From the NCBI GenBank assembly GCA_023205875.1, contig CP060756.1, forward strand, positions 1,426,001 through 1,490,000: DNA of 64,000 nt, written 5' to 3'. The stretch is from Chloropicon primus (taxonomy: Eukaryota). Position 1 is the first letter of the stretch. The number at the start of each line of letters is the position of its first letter. The notes below the pieces were generated by a model that had not been told where the DNA came from, made no database searches, and saw only the letters and a list, made by a program, of their open reading frames with translations. Shown here piece after piece: positions 41,610 through 50,657 of the stretch. Position numbers and translations under genes: made by a program.

Positions 41610-42893
41610 CTACAAGGGAGGACAGGTGGGATTGCATTGGAACGGCTCACCCAGGGTGTAAACACAAGGCTCCCGGGTCCTCGCGACCTGGTTCCTCAAC
41701 CAAAGCCCGAGGTAGTCCCTGAGGCTCATTCCGTCGACCTTGACGCCGCTCCAGCCGCTGTCGGTGAGGCAGCCGGCGCAGTGGGTGAAGCAGGTGTGCA
41801 GGAACCCTCCGTTCTTGCCGGCCCACCAGGTCCCAGTCCAACTGATGAGGTCCCAGAGACTCCTACTCTTGTCGTTGAGGTAAGGAACCACGAGGTTGTT
41901 CTCGTTCTCGGGGATAGTCTGCTGCGAGACGTTGTAGATGACCGATATCGTGTACATGTCGTACACGCTGTTCGCGAGGAAGACGGGGGTCTTGATGTGC
42001 CTGTACTGGTTCTGGGCGAAGAAGCACTTGTACTGTTCGTTCATGTTGTCGGCGAGGCAACCGGGGCTGTGGATGTCCACCTGCTGCATCTCGTACACGT
42101 ACTTCATGACCGAGGGGTACCAGGGCTCCCCTTGGAAGTTCGGGGTGTCGGGGAAAAACCCTGAGAAAGAGATGGCTTTGTAGTTCTTGACAGACGGGCC
42201 GAGCCTGGTCTCGAACCAGTCCGCGTGCAGCAAGGTGGCCAGGCCTCCCGCGGAGCACCCCGCCAGCACCACGTCCGTTGCGAACGTCATCCCCTTGCCG
42301 TACTTCAGGTGCCAGACGGTCGCCTCGAGGATGTTCTTCCCTCTGAAGTAGATTTCTTCCCCGTTCACCGTGATGGGCTCAGCGACGTTGCCGCTGAAGG
42401 ATGCCCCGTCGCAGTACGCGACGTCCACCAGGTTCCAGTTGTAGAAGTCCGGGTTCTCCTTGGGGTCCGCGCTGAAGATCTGGGAGGACCTGTCCGACCT
42501 GGTCTGGGCCCACTGCTTGCTCGAGCCGAGGATGGTCTTGCTCCTCTCGTAGCAGTCCTGTTCGTTGAAGCACCAACCCCCTCCCTCGAGGAACACGAGC
42601 CACTTGTCCTTCCCGTCGCCCCATCCTTTCCTGAACCAGTAGCCCGCAGGCGAACCGTCGAGGCACAAAGCTCCGGTTTCCGTGGCGTTCGGTAGGAGCT
42701 CCAGGTACACGGTCCCCGCCGCGTCCGGTGCTTTGCCAAAGGTTGCATCCCAAGCCGCTTCGAGGGGACGGACCAAAAGGTTCTCTGCGGCCTCCGCCAA
42801 GTCACTCAGCAGCTGCGCCTCCACCCCGGGCGTCGCCAGTGCGAGTGTCGCCAAAGCCACCAGACCCACGAGCCTCCTCATCTTCCTCTTCAT
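41610..42893 (-). CDS. Pectin acetylesterase/Notum-family secreted carboxylesterase (copy A)
   Basis: Signal peptide, CLDGSPAGY, FLEGGGWC, YCDGASF, GCSAGG nucleophile motif, NSVYD, CFTHC, CNPTC. Confidence 0.9.
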   Translation of the reverse strand: MKRKMRRLVGLVALATLALATPGVEAQLLSDLAEAAENLLVRPLEAAWDATFGKAPDAAGTVYLELLPNATETGALCLDGSPAGYWFRKGWGDGKDKWLVFLEGGGWCFNEQDCYERSKTILGSSKQWAQTRSDRSSQIFSADPKENPDFYNWNLVDVAYCDGASFSGNVAEPITVNGEEIYFRGKNILEATVWHLKYGKGMTFATDVVLAGCSAGGLATLLHADWFETRLGPSVKNYKAISFSGFFPDTPNFQGEPWYPSVMKYVYEMQQVDIHSPGCLADNMNEQYKCFFAQNQYRHIKTPVFLANSVYDMYTISVIYNVSQQTIPENENNLVVPYLNDKSRSLWDLISWTGTWWAGKNGGFLHTCFTHCAGCLTDSGWSGVKVDGMSLRDYLGLWLRNQVARTREPCVYTLGEPFQCNPTCPPL

Positions 42894-43107
42894 CCCTTCC
42901 CTTCCCTTCCCTTCCCTTTCGCCCTCCAACCCCACTCCAACCAAGTTCCTCAAGCCTTCTGTACACCTCCTCTCCTCCAGACCTCTCTCTCCTCTCCTCT
43001 CCTCTCCTCTCCTCTGTCCTTCCCTGTCCTGTCCTGTTGTCCCGTCCTGCAGACTTCCTCTCCGCTCTCTCTCTCTTGATCGACTGATCTGCCCGTCAGT
43101 CCATCTC

Positions 43108-43149
43108 GGCAAGATGGGGGGCAAGATGGGGCAAGATGGGGCAAGATGG
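43108..43149. repeat. (GCAAGATGGG)n tandem repeat, about 4 copies
   Basis: Visible tandem units upstream of PAE copy A. Confidence 0.7.
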
Positions 43150-43527
43150 CGCAGGGGAGGAGGGAGGAGGAACAAGACGACCAGGAGAGGAACCACGAAC
43201 AAAGAGGGAATCTTTACAAACACCTGTACCTCAGGAACTCCCTCGCGGAAGAGAATCCTAGCGACTTGAAGGACGAGACCAGTGAAGCCTTTTGGTGCAG
43301 ATGGTTCACCTCAGAGCTACTGGCCGTGAGCTTGAGGCGACCGTCGATGGGCTTGAGGCGAGGGCGGGGGGCGCCATCGCCGACAAGACAGATCTACGAC
43401 TGCAGGCAGATGAGCTGAGGAAGGAGATCAGCGACCCGAGGTGGACCAAGGTGATGGGGGGGACGAAAGAAAGGACAAAACAAAACAAAACAAAAAACAA
43501 ACAATGTGGAATGACAATGACAACGGC

Positions 43528-44793
43528 TCATAACTGCAGCTCCGAGGGAGGGCAGGTGGGGTTGCAAGAGTGGGGTGGGGCACGGGTGTACTGGCACGGC
43601 CTCGTCGTCCTGGAGGGCTCGCCTTGCATCCAAAGGGAGATGGAGTCCCGCAGGTTTCGCCCGTCGACGATGACGCCGTCCCACCCGGGGTTCTTCAGGC
43701 CGCCCACGTGGGTCATGCAGGACGTGATGAAGGCGCCATTGCCCGCCTTGGACCAGGTCTTGGTCTCGGTGATGTTATCCCAAGTGCCTCTCGCCTGGCC
43801 GTTCAAGTAGGGAATGACATCGTTCATTTGGTTCGCGCGGACCGTCTTCTTCGAAATGTTGTCCGCGTTCTGCACCGTCCACGCGTCGTAGACGCTGTTC
43901 GAAAGGAAGACCGGGGTCTTGATGTAGCGGTACGCTGTTTCGGGATACCCACATTTGTACTCCTCTCCGGCGTGATCCTTGGCGCAGGGCGAGTCGAACC
44001 TCAGGTCCATGGCTTTGTAGGCCCACTGGAGCATCTTGCTGAGCTCGTTCTCGCCCTGGAAGTTCGGCCCGTCGCTGAAGACTAGCCCGGAGAAAGGAAT
44101 CGCCCTGAAAGTCTCCACGTTTGGACCCAAGCGCTTGCCCAGCCAGTCGGCGTGGTAGAGGGTGGCCACCGCGCCCGCGGAGCTTCCAGACCAAACGATG
44201 TCGCTCGCACCCAGCATGCCCTGCCTGTGGTTCAGCTGCGCCATCGTCGACCCGAGGATGCTCTTCCCTCTGAAGTAAAGGCTCTTCCCGTCCACCACGG
44301 CGGGCTCAGAGGCGTTCCCGGTGTAGACCGAGCCGTCGCAGTATCCCACGAACACGGCGTTCCAGTTGTAAAAGTCCGGGTTCTTCGCGGAGTCCGTGCT
44401 GAAGATGGGCTCGCCCCTCGTCTGCTCGGTCGGCCAGCGCTTGCTCGAGCCCAGGACGGTCTTGCTCCTCTCGTAGCAGTCCTCCATGCTATAGCAAGCT
44501 CCCCCTCCCTCGAGGTGCACGAGCCACTTGTCCTTCCCGTCGCCCCATCCCTCCCGGAACCAGTAGCCCGCAGGCGAACCGTCGAGGCACACAGCCTCTC
44601 TGTTCCTGAGAGTGTGAAGCTTGAAGCTCTTCCTGGGGTTGAACGCCGCGACGACCTCGTCGCCGAAAGCGTCGAAGCCCTCCTTCACCGGGTTGAAGGC
44701 GTCAGCGAGCGCCTTTCCGATGTCAACGGCCTCGGCCACTCCAGACAAAGCCACCGCCGCAAAGACCGCCACCGCAACAATTGTCGCCCTCAT
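43528..44793 (-). CDS. Pectin acetylesterase/Notum-family secreted carboxylesterase (copy B)
   Basis: Signal peptide, CLDGSPAGY, LEGGGAC, YCDGS, GSSAGA, NSVYD, CMTH, CNPTC. Confidence 0.9.
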   Translation of the reverse strand: MRATIVAVAVFAAVALSGVAEAVDIGKALADAFNPVKEGFDAFGDEVVAAFNPRKSFKLHTLRNREAVCLDGSPAGYWFREGWGDGKDKWLVHLEGGGACYSMEDCYERSKTVLGSSKRWPTEQTRGEPIFSTDSAKNPDFYNWNAVFVGYCDGSVYTGNASEPAVVDGKSLYFRGKSILGSTMAQLNHRQGMLGASDIVWSGSSAGAVATLYHADWLGKRLGPNVETFRAIPFSGLVFSDGPNFQGENELSKMLQWAYKAMDLRFDSPCAKDHAGEEYKCGYPETAYRYIKTPVFLSNSVYDAWTVQNADNISKKTVRANQMNDVIPYLNGQARGTWDNITETKTWSKAGNGAFITSCMTHVGGLKNPGWDGVIVDGRNLRDSISLWMQGEPSRTTRPCQYTRAPPHSCNPTCPPSELQL

Positions 44794-45250
44794 CTTGCTC
44801 GCACTCGTGTCAACGCCGACTCAACCAGCAAAGTGTTGTGCGCCTCCCGCCGCTCGTCTCAGCGCCTCCCGCCGCTCGTCTCAATGCTCGTCACCGCCCG
44901 CCTAGTCACGATACAAGATCATCTCCCCACCAAGAAAAAGTAACCGCCTTTCTCCTTCTCGGGAGGAGGGGGGGGAGGAAGGGGAGGGAAGGAGTGCGCG
45001 CGCGCGCGCGTGTGTGTGTGTGGGGAGGGAGTCACGAGGCCATCGACACGCCCCAATTGCCACGAAGGACTCTTGCCTGCGCAGTATACTTTCTCTCTAC
45101 TCTACTCTATTACAACAAAATGCTTTATCATCCTTGGGTGGGGGTGGGGGTGGGCCAACACACGAGGCAAGACAAGACCAAGCGGCGGGTCATCCCCCGC
45201 GCCCACTGCGCTCTCCCTCCACTTCTTCCCTCCTCTTCGATCCACCTCAC

Positions 45251-46267
45251 TTATAACCGGTTGGTGGAGTCGTCCGCGCCAAAGTTGGTGAGAGTCTGCG
45301 CGGTGTAGCCCACCGCGGAGATGCCCACGAGCCAGAAGACGGCAAGCCCGACGAAGTTCTGGTAGAAGAGGCAGACCCCCGTGCCTGCCACGGCCACGAT
45401 TCCCACGGCCACGATCCCGGCGACGAGGGTGGCGGGGGAGATGTTTCCGGCCGCCTGCGGGACGCCCTCGGGCTCCAGGGAGGGGGCGTCATCGGGGTTC
45501 GAGCCCTCCAGGTACATCTTTGGCTCGAGTCCGTACACGTTGTTCGACTCTATGCTCGTGTCGCTCCCGCCCCTCGTCGAGGCCCCCGGCATCGTGAAGT
45601 CGCTCCTCAGTCCCGACTCCGGCTGCCAGTCCTTGAGGGAGCCCTCAGGGTTGACGTAGATGGCCCCGGCCCTGGAGGCGGCCTGGTACACCTCGATGGG
45701 GCGGCAGGTCTCCTTGGGGGTCAGCTTCCTCAGCACCGGGTTGCTCGGGTACCAGTCCAGGATGGACCCGTCCCTGATGGAGAAGACCGAGGCCGTCGTG
45801 GGGCAAATAATCCCGTAGTCCTGGGTGAACTTGGCGGGCAGGAAGCCCTCCGAGTAGAACGCCTCCGCCGTCGACTTGGCCTCGATGGCGCAGATCTCCT
45901 TGCGGTACCAGAAGACCATGATCTCCTTGCCGTCCACGGTCACCACCTTCCTCTTTCCCATGGGAAGCTCCTTGGTGCTGAGCACGGGGACGAACTCGTC
46001 GCCCAAGGGAGGGAGCTCCGGCTCCGGCTCCCGCTCCGGCTCCGGCACGGCGGCCCCACTCGACTCCGGCTCCGCCTCCGCGGGTCCCGTCGCGCGCATC
46101 ACCCACCCACCCCTCTCCCTCCCCCCTCTCCTTCTCTCCCTCCCCCCCGCGTAGTTCGAGTTCGAGGCCTTGGCCTTGGAGTACCCCAAGCCCCCCCCCC
46201 CCTTGTTCCCCCTCCTCCCCCCCCTCCTCCCCCACCCCCTCTTCATCCCTCCCTCCAGCACCACCAT
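45251..46267 (-). CDS. PSB33: Rieske-like thylakoid protein PSB33/TEF5
   Basis: VFWYRKEICAIEAKSTAEAFYSEGF, AKFTQDYGIICP, ILDWYPSNPVLRKLTP, C-terminal TM segments. Confidence 0.85.
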   Translation of the reverse strand: MVVLEGGMKRGWGRRGGRRGNKGGGGLGYSKAKASNSNYAGGRERRRGGRERGGWVMRATGPAEAEPESSGAAVPEPEREPEPELPPLGDEFVPVLSTKELPMGKRKVVTVDGKEIMVFWYRKEICAIEAKSTAEAFYSEGFLPAKFTQDYGIICPTTASVFSIRDGSILDWYPSNPVLRKLTPKETCRPIEVYQAASRAGAIYVNPEGSLKDWQPESGLRSDFTMPGASTRGGSDTSIESNNVYGLEPKMYLEGSNPDDAPSLEPEGVPQAAGNISPATLVAGIVAVGIVAVAGTGVCLFYQNFVGLAVFWLVGISAVGYTAQTLTNFGADDSTNRL

Positions 46268-46398
46268 TCCCCTTTCCCCTCCAGCCCTTCTCTCGTCTTC
46301 CTCTTCCTCCGGGGTCGTTCCCTCTCCTTCTCCTCCTCTTCTTCTCCGCTCCGCTCCGCTCCTCAACTCCGTTGTCGACCACAAGTTCCGCTCCCTTT

Positions 46399-46433
46399 CT
46401 AAAACCTAAAACCTAAAACCTAAAACCTAAAAC
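46399..46433. repeat. Interstitial telomere-like repeat (CTAAAAC)5 = (TTTTAGG)n
   Basis: Five exact consecutive 7-mers. Confidence 0.85.
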
Positions 46434-46499
46434 GGGGAGAGACGAGGAGGACGAGGAGGCGATCGGGCGCTGGCGCTCTCTTGAGGAGGGGGGGGGAAG

Positions 46500-46763
46500 A
46501 TGAGTGGGTACGTGAGGGTGGAGACCACGATGGGAGGGTTCGAGGTGGAGGTCTATAACAAACACGCACCAAAAACTGCGAATAACTTTGTGCAACTCGC
46601 AAAGAGAGGATACTATGACGGGACCACTTTCCATAGAGTCATACCGGGCTTTATGATCCAGGGGGTGAGTAAGAGGAACTGAGGAACTGAGGACAACAAA
46701 CAAAAAACGAAAAGAAAAGAAGACGAAAAGAAGACGAAGAGGACTGACAAACGGGTCGCCATC

Positions 46764-46811
<48 letters not shown>

Positions 46812-47154
46812 GACTCGAATCGAATCGAATTAGGGGGACCCGACAGGGACGGGGAAGGGGGGCTCCTCAATCTACGGAGGGAAGTTTGAGGACGAGCAGA
46901 CGAGCCTGAGAACGCTCAAGCACGTGGGAGCGGGGGTGCTGAGCATGGCGAATGCGGGGCCGAACACGAACGGAAGCCAATTCTTCATCACCCTCGCGCC
47001 GACGCCCCACCTGGACGGGAAGCACACCATCTTCGGACGCATCTCTTCCGGCATGGCCGTGGTGGAGAGACTGGGAAGCGTGGTCACGGATAGGAACGAC
47101 AGACCCACCACCGAGGTGAAGATACTGAGGGCGGTGCCCGTGGAGGTGCGGTGA
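46500..47154 (+). CDS. PPIL1: Cyclophilin-type peptidyl-prolyl isomerase (PPIL1-like), 2 exons: 46500-46664, 46834-47154
   Basis: [68 protein letters not shown]. Confidence 0.92.
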
Positions 47155-47291
47155 GGAATCCGAACAGTCTACTACTACAAGCACATATAATAACTACACT
47201 ACTAATCGACTGGTTTTGCTCACCACTACCGAAAACCAAATCAAACAAACAAACAAACAAACAAACAAAAAACAAGAAGAATGCTTCCCCT

Positions 47292-49571
47292 TCACGCGCT
47301 GGCGTCCAGGGCTGAGTACGCTTGCCCCGCCCCGCCCTTCTTCTCGTGGTGCCGGAAGAACCACAAGCTGTAGACGCAAGCCGCGCCGAGCAGGGAGGCG
47401 AGGGAGATGAACGCCAGCACGATGAAGTCCCTGGGGTTGCTGAACAGCATTCCGAAGCCCTGGATGACGCAGTAAAGGGTCCGGTACGTGGCGACCTGCA
47501 TGCTGTTCATGACTCCCCTGGATTCCTCCTCCACCCTCTCCTGCATCACTTGCGTCTCTGCGAGATCAAACATCCAAAGAGCGGCGCGCGACACGATCAT
47601 TCCCGCGATCAGCGAGTAGTCCGACAACCAGCTGGGGCCGAACAGCATCAGGACCACGACGCTGGGGGCCATGGTCACCACAAAGAACCAAATGGATGTG
47701 AGGCCCACCCTCTCCACCTTCCCCCCGTTCCCCTCGCCTCCGTTTCCCGATGATGAGACCAGCCACGCGTACAGGAATGTCCCCGCGAGGCCAACGACCG
47801 CCCCGATCCCCCTCTGAAAGCCAAGAACGCTCGAAGGCACTTCCCTCCACGTCAGGTAGCTCGTGATCAGAGTGCCATTGTCCAGGACAGTCATGTAAAG
47901 CATGGAGTAGGCCAAGGAGGCGAGGAACACGTGGTGGCTCACGTACAGCTTGAGCGATTCTAGCACCGTGCGCTTTTCTCCCTTGCCGCCCGATACCTCC
48001 TCCTCCACGAGGCCCTTGTACACGACCTCCTTGTCGGTGATCTTCTTCATCTGCAGGCGGGGAACAGTCTCATAGATTTCCCTCAGCACGCAGTACTCGA
48101 TGGGCCAGGAGAAAAAATTGAAGAGGGCGAGCACCAGAATGCCAACCAAAGAGGAGGACAAGGCCCGCTCCCTTCCGAACAAGTCCAGAAACACGCCGAT
48201 CACACCCGGGGCCATGACCTTGCAAAGCAAGTCGATCCGCTGGAGCGTGACGTTCATCCTGGACAGCTTTTCCCCTTCCTCGTCCGCGATCACGACCACC
48301 CAGTCCTTCTCCAGCGCAATGGTCTGGATCTGGTTGCACACCTCCCCGACAACCCCAAAGGCGATGATGGCCAAGTAGGAGCACAGCATGTACGCGTCCA
48401 TGTGCAAGGCGCCTCCCGGGCTCCCCCCGCTCCTCTGATCCCTGACCACCATCACGACCAGGGCACCGCAAGTACCAAAGATGCACGAGTTCTCCACCAT
48501 AATGGCGTACCACAACAGCTTCAGTCTATACGTCTGGTCGATCAGCACTCCCGCCCTCGGCATCAGCAGGACAACCCCAAGGTACTGCACGAGCCCGAAG
48601 AGCGCTCCGGGCAGGAGGGTGTCCTTGAAGACGTGCATCATCACGATGGGCACGGCAAACTGCCACATTCGGTCCTCCCAGGCCGACAGCGTGTGACTGA
48701 GGCACATCAGGTAAAAGAACGACGTGGAATTGGAGCTTGGGCCCAACCCTGACCCCTCCCCGGGCTCCTGACCTTCCTCCTCGTCGCTTAGAAGGCTTTC
48801 CTGCGCGCTGCCCCGGCCGAACCACCTGCGGCGCGTTCGCCCTCCTCGCCCCTCGTCCTTCCCCCACCACACAACCCCAAAGTAGGCCGAGGAGGCCAGA
48901 ACAAAAGCCAGGCCGATGAACAGCATCGCGGGGGCGCAGACTTCCGCAATTTGGTGGCCGGTCGACGACTCGTCAAAGTATCCCTTCGACGCGGAGAGGA
49001 GGATCCCCAGGCCCAGCACGGACAGACTCGAGCAGAGCATCAGGGACATCGCGAGCTTCCCGCTCGAGCGCGAAGCGGACCCTCCCCCTCCCCCTCCCCC
49101 GATCCCGACCCGCGCGTCCAGTCCCGCGTGCGTGTGCCTGTGGTGCGCCATCTTGTGCGAGTGCTTGTACCTGAACCCCCCCTCAAAGTGCTCGTGCTCC
49201 ATCTCCTCGTCCGCCTTGTTGATGAGGTCCTCGGCGCAGCAGCGATACCCTCCGACGTAGTGCTCGTGCTCGTGGTCCTCCTCGTGCTCGTGGTCCTCCT
49301 CGTGCTTGTTGATCATGTCCTCCGTGTTGCAGTACACGCAGTCCCCATCCCACCCCTTCTTCCTTTCTATCCTCACGACGTCCTCCTCCCCGTGGACAAA
49401 GATGTGCTCGTGCCTGTCCGAAAAGTGGAACAACCTGTCGAGGCCAAACTTCCTGTACACCCATGGCGTCTCCACCTTCCTCACGTGGTGCTTGTACCTC
49501 CTCCTCCTCCTCCTTTCCTCCTCCACCTCCTCCTCGTTGTTGTTGTTGTTGTTGTTGTTGTCGTCCGCCAT
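47292..49571 (-). CDS. FPN: Ferroportin (SLC40/IREG) iron exporter with long His-rich N-terminal extension
   Basis: SHTLSAWEDRMWQF, IALEKDWVVV, MNVTLQRIDLLCK, LYMTVL, SRAALWMFDLAETQVMQERV. Confidence 0.88.
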   Translation of the reverse strand: MADDNNNNNNNNEEEVEEERRRRRRYKHHVRKVETPWVYRKFGLDRLFHFSDRHEHIFVHGEEDVVRIERKKGWDGDCVYCNTEDMINKHEEDHEHEEDHEHEHYVGGYRCCAEDLINKADEEMEHEHFEGGFRYKHSHKMAHHRHTHAGLDARVGIGGGGGGGSASRSSGKLAMSLMLCSSLSVLGLGILLSASKGYFDESSTGHQIAEVCAPAMLFIGLAFVLASSAYFGVVWWGKDEGRGGRTRRRWFGRGSAQESLLSDEEEGQEPGEGSGLGPSSNSTSFFYLMCLSHTLSAWEDRMWQFAVPIVMMHVFKDTLLPGALFGLVQYLGVVLLMPRAGVLIDQTYRLKLLWYAIMVENSCIFGTCGALVVMVVRDQRSGGSPGGALHMDAYMLCSYLAIIAFGVVGEVCNQIQTIALEKDWVVVIADEEGEKLSRMNVTLQRIDLLCKVMAPGVIGVFLDLFGRERALSSSLVGILVLALFNFFSWPIEYCVLREIYETVPRLQMKKITDKEVVYKGLVEEEVSGGKGEKRTVLESLKLYVSHHVFLASLAYSMLYMTVLDNGTLITSYLTWREVPSSVLGFQRGIGAVVGLAGTFLYAWLVSSSGNGGEGNGGKVERVGLTSIWFFVVTMAPSVVVLMLFGPSWLSDYSLIAGMIVSRAALWMFDLAETQVMQERVEEESRGVMNSMQVATYRTLYCVIQGFGMLFSNPRDFIVLAFISLASLLGAACVYSLWFFRHHEKKGGAGQAYSALDASA

Positions 49572-49750
49572 CGCGCGCGCTCGGCGGTTATTGTCGCCGG
49601 GAGCAGCTGGCGCACCAGGACGAGCGAGGGGGGGAACCAAGCCAGGACGACCAGGAGGGAGGAGGGAGGAGGAAGGAGGAGACACCGTGGGTGTACGGCC
49701 GAAGGAAGTTTGGCCTCAACAGGTTGTTCCACTTTTCGGACAGGCACGAG
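49407..49750. repeat. Imperfect inverted repeat; arms 49407-49482 and 49669-49750
   Basis: First 48 nt of the left arm equal the reverse complement of the right arm with 1 mismatch, then a 6-nt indel, then about 28 nt with 3 mismatches. Confidence 0.9.
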
Positions 49751-49764
49751 GACAAGCAACAACA

Positions 49765-50442
49765 ATGACGACGACGATGAGAAGGACAACGAGGACAGGA
49801 CCCACGACGAGGAAAACAGGAGGGAGGAGACGGAGGACGAGGAGGAGGTGTGAGAGGGAGGGGAGGAGGAGCAAGGACAAGATCGAACCGACGTCCGATG
49901 CGAACTTGGGGACGAGGCTGGCGTGGTACGCGAGTGAGGCGTTCGGGGATGCGGTGGCCCTGGTCAGGGGGAGGGGCGACGGGGGGGACGCGACCGCTAC
50001 CACGGGAGAAGAAAAAAAAACCATCATTGCCTGGGACGAAGCGGTGCAGAGGTTGAGGGACGATTACGACAGAACGTACTTCGTCACGGGGAAGATGGAC
50101 TTGGGCCTGTACGAGGAGGACTGTGAGTTCGCAGACCCCTTCGTGTCCTTCCGAGGCGTGGCGAGGTTCAAGAAGAACCTGGACAACCTCGGTGCCTTGA
50201 TGAAGGACGTGACGCTGGTGGTGGACTCCTTCGAGGAGATCGAGGAGGAGGGAACCGTCTCCACAAAGTGGAAGTTCAAGTGCGTGCTCGGGCTGCCCTG
50301 GTCGCCTCGCCTCTCCGCAAGCGGGGGGACGAAGCACGTCTTCAACCGGGAGAATCGGATGGTGCAGCACGTCGAGTCTTGGGACATAGACCCCTCGGTC
50401 GCCCTCAGGCAGCTCGTGACGCCAGGAAAAGCGAAGAAGTAA
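49765..50442 (+). CDS. DUF2358/SnoaL-like (NTF2-fold) protein
   Basis: LRDDYDRTYFVTG, YEEDCEFADPFVSFRG, LPWSPRL, GGTKH, HVESWDI. Confidence 0.8.
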   Translation: MTTTMRRTTRTGPTTRKTGGRRRRTRRRCEREGRRSKDKIEPTSDANLGTRLAWYASEAFGDAVALVRGRGDGGDATATTGEEKKTIIAWDEAVQRLRDDYDRTYFVTGKMDLGLYEEDCEFADPFVSFRGVARFKKNLDNLGALMKDVTLVVDSFEEIEEEGTVSTKWKFKCVLGLPWSPRLSASGGTKHVFNRENRMVQHVESWDIDPSVALRQLVTPGKAKK

Positions 50443-50657
50443 CCACGCACCAACCCGTCTCTCCATCGGCCACAGCGTTCGAACTCCATCGCACATTACA
50501 CAGCACAGGTCGGTCCCCCTACTCCAGGCCTGAACCTAATTTTGGGAAAATCTTGAGATCAAGATCAAGCGTGATCTGGCTGATGTGGCGTGACAGCCGT
50601 CCTGTGTTCGGCGGACTCAGAGTTTGCGAGACGCTGGTGAACACAACAACGACGACG

